This document shows, piece by piece, positions 50,290 through 61,288 of a stretch of 64,000 nt of DNA; the first letter of the stretch is position 1, and the number at the start of each line of letters is the position of its first letter. A model generated the notes under the pieces. That model was not told where the DNA came from, searched no databases, and saw only the letters and a program-made list of their open reading frames with translations. The stretch lies in NCBI GenBank assembly GCA_965287045.1, contig OZ336871.1, positions 96,720,001 to 96,784,000 of the forward strand, written 5' to 3'. Source of the DNA: Carcharhinus amblyrhynchos. Taxonomy: Eukaryota. The position numbers and the translations under genes were made by a program.

Positions 50290-50790
50290 TCCCTTTTTCA
50301 TTTCCTCCATTGATTCATTTTATCCTCCCCTATTTTATCCTGCTTCCCATCTTTTTATCCTTACCACCATCCACCCATCCTACTAGGGTCATCTGTTACT
50401 TGTTTCAGGTTGTCCTTTGACACACTGCATACCTTTGGTCTGCCAATAATCGGGTCTGTTAATGGCCACTATCAGCCCCTTTCTTAACCATGATTATCAC
50501 CATTTACGTTCCCTTCGCGTTTTTGTCCACAACATCTTTGTCAATCTTTCCCTAGCCTCCACTTATTGCTGGCTGGCCCTCTATCTGGCCCTACGGCTCC
50601 CCCCTCCCTCACCACCCCCTCCACTACCACAATATTATAAAATCTCATCCTATTTTCAGTTTTCTTTAGTTCTGATGAAGAGTCATCCAGACTTGAAACA
50701 TTAGCTCTGTTCTTGCTCCACGGATGCTGTCAGACCTGCTGAGATTTTCCAGCATTTTCTGCTCTTATTTCAGATTCCAGCATTCGCAGT
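50290..50790 (+). mobile_element. Penelope-like 3' region (family B) with hammerhead motif
   Basis: Pyrimidine-rich UTR, then ctgatga-a-gagtc/gactt-gaaacatt at 50672-50702 and terminal gacctgctgagattttccagcatttt..cagattccagca. Start approximate. Confidence 0.72.
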
Positions 50791-51850
50791 AGAATCATAG
50801 AAAAACGACAGCACAGACAGGCCCTTCGGCCCATGAGTTGCACCGATCTTATCGCTACCTACTAGGCTTACCTATAACCCTCAATCCTATTAAGTCCCAT
50901 GTACTCATGCAGAAGTCTCTTAAAAGACCCTAACGAATTTGCCTCCACCACCACCAACGGCAGTCGATTCCACTCACCCACCATCCTCTGAGTGAAAAAT
51001 CTACCCCTGACATCTCCTCTGTACCTACTCTCCAGCACCTTAAACCCGTGTCCTCTTGTGGCAGCCATTTCCGCCCTGGGAAAAAGCCTCTAAGAGTCCA
51101 CCTGACCAATACCTCTCATCATCTAATACACCTATATCAGGTCCCCTCTCATCCTTCGTCTCTCCAGGGAGAAAAGGCCGAGCTCCCTCAACCTATCCTC
51201 ATAAGGCATGCCACCCAATCCAGGTAACATCCTTGTAAATGTCCTCTGCACTCTTTCAATGGCTTCCACATCTTTCCTGTAATGAGGCAACCAGAACTGA
51301 GCACAGTACTCCAAGTGGGGTCTGACCAGGTCTTATACAGCTGCAGCATTATCTCCCCACTCCTAAACTCATTCCCTCGATTGATGAAGGCCAGTACACC
51401 ATATGCCTTCTTAACCACATCCTCTACCTGTGAAGCCGATTTGAGAGTGCTATGAACCTGGACCCCAAGACCTTTCTGATCTTTCACACTGCTGTGAGTC
51501 TAACCCTTAATATTATATTCCTTCATCCCATTTGACCTGCCAAAATGTATGACTACACATTTGTCCGGGTTGAAGTCCATCTGCCACTTCTCCGCCCAGT
51601 CTTGCATCCTATCTATGTCATGCCACGACTTCTGACATCCCTCCAAACTATCTACAACACCTCCGACCTTCGTGTCATCAGCAAACTTACCAACCCATCC
51701 CTCCACTTCCTCATCCAGGTCATTTATAAAAATCGCAAACAGCAAGGGTCCCAGAACAGATCCCTGGGGCACTCCACTGGTGACCGATCTCCGTACAGAA
51801 AAAGACCCATCTACAACCACTCTCTGCTTTCTACGGGCAAGCCAGTTCTT
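50791..51850 (-). mobile_element. CR1 LINE 3' fragment
   Basis: GVPQGSVLGPLLF..FADDTK (51500-51859); [14 protein letters not shown]; a few frameshifts. Confidence 0.93.
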
Positions 51851-51991
51851 GGATCTCATGCCCCCTCACTTTCTCAATAAGTAATTTATCACCCAGATAT
51901 GCAGGCATTTTACAATTTCAGCAAAAGTGCACACACTCTCGGGGTTAATCACACAGTTGATAGTATGTGCTAAATCTTGAAATTCAAGTGG

Positions 51992-52098
51992 AAAAGCAAA
52001 ATACTGCAGATGTCGGAAATCTGAAGTAAAAACAGGAGTGCTGGAAATACTCAGCAGGTCAGGTAGAATGAGTGGAGAGAAAAAGAGAGTTAATGTTA
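51992..52098 (-). mobile_element. Penelope family B terminus remnant
   Basis: aaaatactgcagatgtcggaaatctgaa...gctggaaatactcagcaggtc. Confidence 0.65.
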
Positions 52099-53504
52099 TG
52101 ACTGGTGGTCTTATAGGGCCATGAACAGCAAATTTGCAGTGGTGACACCAAAATAATTTAATTGTTTGCAATGCCACAATGGAGATGTGACTAAATGGAG
52201 TTTTAACCGCTAATATGCTGAAAGATCTTCAATCAAACAAACCTGATTTTTTGATTAAAGTTTTTTTCACTATGCTGGATTTTCCTTGTGGTCAGTGGTC
52301 TAGAATCTGTCAAAGGACAGAAGGTGTCAGATTCAACAGCTTGTCCTTGGCAGAGATGAGTTGTGAACAGAGTCTTGGAGCCAGTGCTCCTTAGCTGGCT
52401 ATTAGAATATAAACAATATGCACTTAGATGATGAGACCTGAAGTGACCAATGATATTATGGTTGGATTTGACTGGCTTAATCGAACGATGCAACTGGGGA
52501 TCTGATCAATTCATTGGCTGATTACCAAGGAACTTTTGGAGTTTTAACTCTGGTAACACAAAGAGCTCGTTCAGAAAGGCAGTGTGGAGAACCTAGGAAC
52601 CAAGCTCACAAGGAGAGACAACATCTGGAAGGAGAAGAAAACAAAGAACTGATTCCATGTGACAACAAAATACTGGCCAACTTTTAATTGCAAGTGGAAA
52701 TTAACCTTAAGTTAAGTAAAGTAACAAATAGTGAGTATTTAGTTTGTGCATTGCAAGTATTTACTGTTGTTTAAGTAGCTACAAAATTATAGGAAATTGT
52801 GTTTATGTATTTAAAGTTGACTTTGTGTCTTTATTCACTGCAGGGATTAAAACACACAGATTTGGACAACAGAGACATATGAGTAATGCGGCCTTTTTAG
52901 GTACTGAAGAATGGGACGTCCACGATAGAAAATACAAGAGAGGGTGGGACTGAATTCCATTGCTAGAAAATTATTAGCGCCAACTAAATCGGGTAATGAC
53001 TGGGTCACTGTCATCAGTTCCTTTGGATCGGGCTACAAATGAAGAATTGTGTTAGCATCAGTAGTTAGGTAAAAGGTCAATAAACTCCCATTCACCACTC
53101 CCAGGCAGTGAGTTGGAAGATGCAGGGGGGAGTGCTGCAAAACATCATGGGCATGGTGTTCACCTGTCCTGACCTCCACCACCATTTTACTAGCAGCAAG
53201 AGAGACTTTGGGCATGATGCCCACTCATGGGTCAATTGAGGCCCTTAAATGACCAATTAATAGCCACCTATGACCATCAGTGAGAGAAGCCCATGCCAAG
53301 CAATCAGCTCAACAGTTTGCATTGTGCAGACAATGGGTGGGCAAGGGAGCCTGCTTAATGGACCCCTAGCCCATTGGACAGCTCTCTCCAAGTCTTCCAC
53401 CCACTTTGATTCCCCTCCCTCTTGGCTTGTCTAACTTGGCACCCCTCTCCCCACTCGCTGGGGCCTTCTAGCCTGGATCCAGGAATACCCTCAGAACAAC
53501 TGGG

Positions 53505-53638
53505 TAAAAGCTAATTACTGCAGATGCTGGGATATGAAACCAAAAGAGAAAATGCTGGATAATCTCAGCAGGTCCGGCAGCATCTGTAAGGAGAGAAAAG
53601 AACTGACGTTTTGAGTCCAGATGACCCTTTGTCAAACC
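53505..53638 (-). mobile_element. Penelope family B terminus inside a MITE-like region; hammerhead CpG-decayed
   Basis: Minus strand ttgacaaagggtcatctggactcaaaacgtcag...gacctgctgagattatccagcatttt. Confidence 0.7.
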
Positions 53639-55462
53639 CTCAGACCAACCTTCAATCTTGGCTCCAATGCAGCAAGCCATCCTGGTGCACCTCGCTGCAG
53701 TACCAGCAATGGCACTGCTGCTTTTGGAAAGTGACTGGCCTCAGCTCTCTGAGGCAGAGGGTAAAAGTCCTGCCTCCAAGCTATTAATGTTTAGTCACTA
53801 GTTAAATGGCTGTGGGGTGACCCCACCAACCAAAGATAGAACTTTGCATGATGCCATACCCCACAGAAATAAAATCTCGCTCCTCATTTCCATGTACATT
53901 TTTTGTCAGGCTACTAATCACACATCCTACATATCCAGTACTAAAGCATTGTACACAGCATATTGACATATTCCTTCATTGTGCTCAACATCTGTTTAAT
54001 ATACTTAGGGTGCAGGTGAGGAACAGCAAGCAGAGGCTGGGATGTCAAGGCCAAGGTGTTTCTGTGCAAATTAAGGGATTTAGCAGTGGATATATGGATA
54101 TGGAGGACAAGCCTGCTCACAGAAGAACCTTGATTTCAATGTTTCCTCTCTCTTCAATAACAGGTACTGTGAAGCATTGCACATTACAACATGTCTGCTT
54201 CCTGGAAAATAACTTCTGACACACACAGTGAAGTTTCTGCTGGCTCGAATACTGCTTGAAAATGAATGCCAATCTTTCTTTTCCTGACGACCACAGACGG
54301 CACCTGATGCCAACATGGGTATCATTTCCAACTTACTGGACTTGTTGCAGCCTGCATGACCAGTGTAACCAATGCCACCAGTCTAACAAATATACAGTGA
54401 AAGGCTGACATCTCCCAAATTACTATTAAGGTGATGTCCCGGACTGCTTTTACCACCGCTCACGAGAGAGTGCATCAGCATCAGTCCTGATGTATCCAAG
54501 TGGGGCCTCGGGGGATTTGCCGCATCTGTCCATATTATCAGGACTGTAATCCTGTATCAGCAGCAGGTAGAACCGGAAGGAAAACTCAGGAGGGCTAAGA
54601 AGTGCTAAAATATTGAAATTCTAAATGTTTCCTTTCAGTGTTTATACTCTGGTGTGATTGTGTCGTTTAAATAAAGCTGGCTAGCAATGAGAACAGAGTT
54701 ACTGCAAGATCACAGAAGCCCAAGGTCCGTCTAGACTGTCCCCTATCCTATTGGTGGCATGCAACAATGACAATGGGCCACTCATCGCAGTTAGTCCCTG
54801 TCAGTTAGACAACAGCAGAGCCAGAAATAACATAAGCGATGGAAATACATTCCTGCAGTCAAGTGTTTTTTTTTTAACTTCCCAATGTGCATAAAAGCAT
54901 ATTCAGCATCTGCACCCACTGCAACAAAAAAAGATGGGGAGTACACAAAAAATGTCAAAATTAGCCCAAAATGCTGCAGAGAGCTGCATATCAGCACAAA
55001 ACTGCATTCGCAACTTCCCTGTGTCCAGGATTTGTGATCTGCCAAATGCTGCTGATAATTGAGTAAATCTGACACAGCACTTACTGCTCCAGAGAACTGC
55101 TCTGCATCTCACTACATTCAATGCCTCCTGCCGCTGTACTGATGATGGAAGTCTGGCCGGGGGGGGGGGGAGGCGTTGGGGAGGCCCACTAGCCTGTCAA
55201 AGAACTTTGGGAAAAACAAAAGGGAATGGCTTGCAGCTTCAGGGTGAGGGGAATCAAGGGTTCACCACTGAATGTTGTTGCAGCCACTGTGCAGTCACAC
55301 GAGTCTGCAACGGCTGCTGTAAAACATTTCTGGTTCTTTCTGCTCATTGCGTTTCTGGTTTCCAAGTATCATCATGTCCTGGATTCACTGGAATCAATGC
55401 TGCATCCCTCCCCACTCTCAGCAAATGAACTGCACTCTGTCTACATCTGTCCTCCCAGACAG

Positions 55463-55792
55463 AGTATAGAACATAGAACAGTACAGCACAGGAACAAATC
55501 CTTCAGCCCGCAATGTTGTGCCGAACATAATGCCAAATTAAACTAATCCATTCTGCCTGGCTTTGGTCCATATCCCACTATTCCTTGCATATTCATGTGC
55601 TTATCTAAAAGCCCCTTAAATGCCCCTATTGTATTTGCCTCCACCACCACTCCTGGCAGCAGGTTCCAGGTATCTACTGCTCTCTGTGTAAAAAACTTGC
55701 CACTCACATTCTCTTTGAACTTTTCCCCTTCTCATCTTAAGTGCATGCCCCCTAGTTTTAGACATTTCAACTCTGGGAAAAAGTTTCTGACT
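55463..55792 (-). mobile_element. CR1 3' end
   Basis: tagaacatagaacagtacagcacagg tail; SQKLFPRVEMSKTRGH. Confidence 0.88.
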
Positions 55793-56054
55793 GTTGTGAA
55801 ACTTGAACAGCTTGGAGAAACTCAGATAATGAATGTGTTGCGCAAAACATTTTTTTTCTATTTGGTAAAGTTGAATAATCATTTTTTTTTAAAAGCATGA
55901 TGGCAGAAGAATATTCAATTTTCATTCTTGTAGCAAAGTGTTCAGGCGCAAGAAATCTAACGACCTTTTACTTTACACAAATGACATCAATGTAACTGCT
56001 GTAAACAAGTCAAAAATAAAGATCACGTCTCTTTAAAATGGTCATTGTACTTAC

Positions 56055-56162
56055 GTTCCACAAAGTAGGAACTTGGCTCAATTTTCCAAATGATCTGTCC
56101 TCGGTGTGAACCATTAACTCCACGGTTTTTGTAGTCCAGGAAGTTTTCAGATAGAACCTCAT
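56055..56162 (-). CDS. Internal coding exon of an unidentified host gene: (D)EVLSENFLDYKNRGVNGSHRGQIIWKIEPSSYFVE
   Basis: Acceptor gttttccttcctgtcacag|AT and donor GGAAC|gtaagt; 108 nt, open in phase 1-1; non-repetitive, CpGs retained, protein-like composition. Confidence 0.8.
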
Positions 56163-57007
56163 CTGTGACAGGAAGGAAAACACCAGAGTTACCAAGTGTT
56201 TCTGCAATGAGCGAATGTTGCAATGACAGTCAGCCCCGGCTCAGGCTGCTTGGTTGGATTGAGGGAAATGTGAGAACCAATTTCAGGTAAGGAACAAAAA
56301 AGAGACTAAAAAGACTGAAAAACCATCATCTGGTTGAGCGACTGAGGTGACACCAGACCCCATGAGAATGAAATCTGCAGCAGCTCATTGGTACAGCCTG
56401 AACCCTAATTTAAATTACAGTCTGCAGTCAGAGCTTCCGATCTCAGGGCGTGCTCCAGAAGATGCACTGGGAGTTATCCCAGTCATAAGTCCCCACTTAA
56501 AGACTGCACGGCAACTGCCGCGAAGTTTAAAATTTCGCACGATGGCCTAAAGTTTATAATGTGGGGAGGGTGAATGAGACAATTTAAGTCAGAGATATGC
56601 CTCGGGACACCTGGGAAAGTCCTGATGGGTGCACATGGGCGGCACTTCACACAGTCACAGCACTGCCATGTCTCAGAAGCAGGCCATTTCACCCACCATG
56701 TCTGCACCGGCTCTTCAAAGGAGCACCGTGACTTAGTGCCATCCCCTGCCTTTCCTCATCCCCTGCTTCAATTCATCCAATGCCTTCCTGAATGTTTCAA
56801 CTTAACCTGCCTCCACACACTTCCAGCAGGGCATTCCAGACCCATGTCACTCACTGGGTGAAAATATTTTTCTCATGGCACATTTGCTTCTTTTACAAAT
56901 TGCCTTAAAGCTGCACCCTCTTGTTCTCAAACCAGAGCAGGAACAGTTTCTCCCTATCTATTCTTTCCTCCCACCTCATGATTTTGAACATCTCTATCAA
57001 ATCTCAT

Positions 57008-57813
57008 TTTGGCAGAACCAACGGGATGAACGAGTACACTATCAAGGGCAGAAGTCTGAGTAGTGTTGAAGAGCAGAAGGATCTAGGGGTCCGGGTCCAC
57101 AGGACTCTTAAATCGGCCTCGCAGGTGGAGGAGGTGGTCAAGAAGGTGTATGGTGTACTGGCCTTCATTAATTGAGGGTTTGAGTTTAGGAGTCGGGAGG
57201 TAATGCTGCAACTTTATAAGACCCTTGTCAGGCCTCATTTAGAGTACTGTGCGCAGTTCTGGTCGCCTCACTATAGGAAAGATGTAGAAGCTATTGAGAG
57301 GGTACAGAGGAGATTTACAAGGATGTTGCCTGGACTGGGAGGCATGCCTTATGAAGTTAGGTTGAGGGAGCTGGGACTCTTTTCCCTGGAGAGACGAAGG
57401 TTGAGAGGCGACCTGATAGAAGTTTACAAAATGTTGAGAGGAATAGATAGGGTGGACTCTCAGAGGCTATTTCCCCGGGTTGAAATGGTTGCTACGAGAG
57501 GACACAGATTTAAGGTGCAAGGAGGGAAGTTCAGAAGTGATGTTAGGGGTAAGTTTTTCACTCAGAGGGTGGTGAGTGAATGGAATCGGCTGCCGTCAGT
57601 GGTGGTGGAGGCGAACTCGCTGGGGTCTTTTAAAAGACTTCTGGATGAGTATATGGGGTTTAATGAGATTGAGGGTTATAGATAGGTCTGTAGGTTGGTA
57701 GGTGTTGATGTGATCGGCGCAATTCATGGGCCGAAGGGACTGTTTGTGCTGTAGTGTTCTATGTTCTATGTTCTATCTCATCTTGTGCTGTAGTGTTCTA
57801 TGTTCTATGTTCT
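57008..57813 (+). mobile_element. Fairly young CR1 3' fragment inserted in an older antisense CR1 tail (~56660-57910)
   Basis: ORF 57203-57685 intact; (gttctat)n tail; aatctcat at 57000-57007 and 57814-57821 as TSD. Confidence 0.93.
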
Positions 57814-58159
57814 AATCTCATCTTAGCCTTCTCTCCAAGGAGAACAGTCCCAACCTTGCCAATCTAACCTCATAATGAAGTCTCTCATCCCTGGAACCAT
57901 TCTTGTAAACTTTCAGGGAAAGGTTAAACCTTTAAGTGCTGGTTTTATTATTACCATAGCTGGATAAACTGATCTCATATTCACACAGACTTGGGTAGTT
58001 TGCCCTACACTTACCTGTACTCTACTATTCCCCAGTTTCAGAGCTCAGGACTGATATTGGAATCCAGCTCATGGAAGCAAGCCATTAACTGCACATACCG
58101 AAAAGAAATCATAACAAACTGTAATCCCCCAAGCTTCAATTTAGCTACATGGAAGTCAG

Positions 58160-58528
58160 GAGCAGCATGGTGACACAACAGTTAGCACAGCTGCCTCACA
58201 GTGCCAGCGACCCGGGTTTGATTCCAGCCTTGGATGACTGCGTAAAGTTTACACACTCTCCCCATGTCTGCATGGGCTTCCTCCAGGTGCTCCTGTTTCC
58301 TCGCATGATCCAAAGATGTGCACGTTAGGTGGATTAGCCATGTTAAATTATCCCTTAGTGTCCAGGGATTTGTATGTTGGGTGGGTTAGCCATTGTAAAT
58401 GTCTGGGGTTATGGGGTTGGGTGGCAGGTGTGGGTCTGCCACAGTGGGTATGATGCTCTTTTGGAGAGTCAGTGCAGACTCAATGGGCCGAATGGCATCC
58501 TCCTGCACTGTAGGATTCTATGGTTCTA
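58160..58528 (+). mobile_element. HE1 SINE, full length
   Basis: Head, central domain and gatgggccgaatgg-type tail ending tgtaggattctatg. Confidence 0.87.
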
Positions 58529-58589
58529 GAGGTTGTTGAGCCCAGTGATTAAAATTATGCTCAGCAATTTCAAAAAGTGTTAAGCATTT

Positions 58590-59255
58590 TTTTAAAACAT
58601 TATTTACAACAATCTTCAGTCACAGATAGGTTGCTGGAAGAAAGTATCAGCGACGTGCTGGACGATTGAAAGGGGCAAAGGTTATTAAAGAAAACCAACA
58701 TTATTTTTGGAAATAGAATTTTCACGAACTTGATCGAATTTTTAATAAGCAATTTTAATAGCCTGGTGGAAATTGTGGACTCTGATTTAATAAAAGCCTT
58801 TGATAAAGTGCTGCAAAAGGCTGTTAGGGAAAGTTCCAACCTGTGGGAGTAGATACCAGTTTTTAAGCTATAGTGAAATATTTGCATTTGCGTGGGCAGA
58901 GCTTAGTTAATAATGGTACATGATCCAGCAGAGTTCCACAGGTATCAGTGTTATGCAGCTTTTTACCATCCTTATCAGTAATGTGGATGAAGACATCAGT
59001 AGCTCGATTTTCCGTTTTGCTGATGTCAGAAAGATGTGTGTGGGAGTTAGCCTTTAGATTAAATGCGTAGATTGCAGACTGATTGAGATACACTGGGGAA
59101 ACAGGCCAGTGGCAGAAGTCCTTCAATGTGTATGAATGCAATGTAATGCAGTTGGGAAGGTGTAATTTCAGGCATGTTGTATTAACCACTTCAGGCTGTA
59201 GGACAGAAAAAGAGCCAAGGATAACAATTCATATAAAATTGAGGCTCACATGCAA
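58590..59255 (+). mobile_element. Very old CR1 RT remnant
   Basis: aaagcctttgataaagtg (KAFDKV), agttccacaggtatcagtg (VPQxSV), tttgctgatg (FAD). Confidence 0.6.
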
Positions 59256-59257
59256 TG

Positions 59258-60030
59258 CCATAAGAACATACAAATAGAAGTAGAAGTAGGCCATTTGACT
59301 TCTCAAGCCTACACCGTCATTCAATAAGATCATGGCTGATCTGTTTGCGTTGTGCTCCACATTCCCATCTACCCTCAATAACCTTTGATTCCCTTGCCCA
59401 ACAAGAATCTATCTACCTCTGCCTTAAAAGCATTCAATCACCCAGCCTCCACCACCAGAGTTACAAAGTTGCACAATCTTCTGGGAGAAAAATATTCCCC
59501 TCATCTCTGTCCTATCGGGGCAACCCCTAATTTTCAAACAGAGCCCCTTAGTTCTAGACTCACCCATGGAGCGGCAAGGTGACACAGTGGTTAGCACTGC
59601 TGCCTCACAGTGCCAGGAACCCAGGTCCAATTCCCAGCTCGGATCACTGTCTGCGGTGTCTGCACATTCTCCCTGTGTCTGCATGGGGAGGGCTTCCTCT
59701 GGGTGCTGCGGTTTCCTCCCATAGTCCGAAAGACATGCTGGTTAGGTGCATTGGCCATGCTAAATTCTCCCTCATTATACCAAAATAGGTGCCGGAGTGT
59801 GGTGACTAGGGGATTTTCACAGTAACTTCATTGCAGTGTTAATTTAAGCCTACTTGCGGTACTAATAAATAAATTACAAAAAGAGGAAGTATCCTATTCA
59901 CGTCCACCTCGTCAAGACCATTCTGGATCTTAAATACTTCAGTCAAGTACCCCTCACTCTTCTAAACTCCAGTGGAAAGAAGCCCAGCTTGTCCAACCTA
60001 CCCTCATAAGACAACCCACTCATTCCATTC
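59258..60030 (-). mobile_element. CR1 3' fragment interrupted by a V-SINE
   Basis: cataagaacata..ggccatt..ttcaataagatcatggctgatct tail; LSYEGRLDKLG. Confidence 0.82.
59568..59876 (+). mobile_element. V-SINE, full length, alternative tail
   Basis: ggtgacacagtggttagcactgctgcctcacag...ggggattttcacagtaacttcattgcagtg...aataaataaa. Confidence 0.9.
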
Positions 60031-60914
60031 AGTGAGGCTGGAGTGAAAGTGACCAGGGTGTTCCAGTGCATGGGGTCCAAGACACTAAGACTCGGATCTA
60101 CATGGTGGATAACTAGCTGAGTCATTCATCACCAGATCTGGCTCACCACTGAGTAAACAGTCGGGTCATAATTCTAAAGCTGCCAACTACTCCAGGATTA
60201 TCTTGATATACAACTGAAATATTAAGATAACCTTTGCTTCTTTTCTTCATGAAAAGCTAACTCCTTTCTCCAGCAGATTCTACTCTCAACTCCAATAGAA
60301 AAATACAAAGAATTTATGGACCACCCCATTCACCTGCCTTTGTTGTTTTCTTTTCTCCTTCCCTTGGACCAGTACGATCAGTTTTCCCTTGGACTCCCTC
60401 TTGCCCTTGTCCTGAACTTGGATCTTTCCTAAGTTGCTATCTCATCACAACCTTTAAGAGTTTTTCTTTTCCATGAGGCCCATCTCCCGGTCCCTCAACC
60501 CTACTCCTACTAAACTTTTGACCACCCAATTCCCTGTCCTGCCCCTTATTTCAGCCGGGGTTGTCAACTGTTCCCTCTGTTCAGATAATGCCTGCCTCCT
60601 TCAAGCCTGCTGTCATCATCCATCTCATCAAAGAAAGCCACCCCGACTTCTCTGTCCTTGTAAGTTATCAATCTATTTCTGACACTCCTTTCTTGTCCAA
60701 AATCTAAGATATCACTTCCCAAACCCTTGGCCGGTCTCCCACCATGTTGAATCCCTTCAATCAGAGTTCCACTCCACCACACCACTGAAATGGACTTCAT
60801 CAAACTTAGCACAAATGGCACCCAATGTCACAGTGATTAAGATGAACTATCCTTCCTTGTCCTTCTCAATCTGTATGCAGCTTTTGATGTTGTTAAGCAC
60901 ACTGTCCTTGTTTC

Positions 60915-61138
60915 AAGTGTCCGCGTGGGTTTTCTCCAGGTGCTCTGGTTTCCTCCCTCAGTTCAAAGATGTGCAGGTTAGGTGGATTGGCCATGCTAAG
61001 TTGCCCCATAGTGTCAGAGGGACTAGCTAGGGTAAATGTATGGGATTGTGGGGAATAGTGCCTGGGTGGGGCTGTGGTTGGTGCATACTCAATGGGCTGA
61101 ATGGCCTCCTTCTGTGCTGTAGGGATTCTATGGTTCTA
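60915..61138 (+). mobile_element. HE1 SINE, 5'-truncated
   Basis: gtgtccgcgtgggttttctccaggtgctc...tgtagggattctatggttcta. Confidence 0.85.
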
Positions 61139-61288
61139 ATGTCGCTCCTGAATTGTCAAGCTGAGTGAAACCATTCTTATTATCTCACTGTCACCAAGGA
61201 ATGATCTGCAATGGTTTCTCTTTCTGTTCCTGCACCTCTAGTGTGCCATGCCTTTCTTATTTGTAGGCCAGATGATTCCAATGCACTC

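Noticed and set aside
54200-54600. Faint Harbinger transposase-like words (ADISQ...; similar hints near 700 and 44300)
   Set aside because: Too decayed to support without a profile search.
55159-55182. Poly-G/C tracts as G-quadruplex signals (also ~10646, ~26642, ~45443)
   Set aside because: Homopolymers, mostly within MITE-like sequence; no evidence of function.
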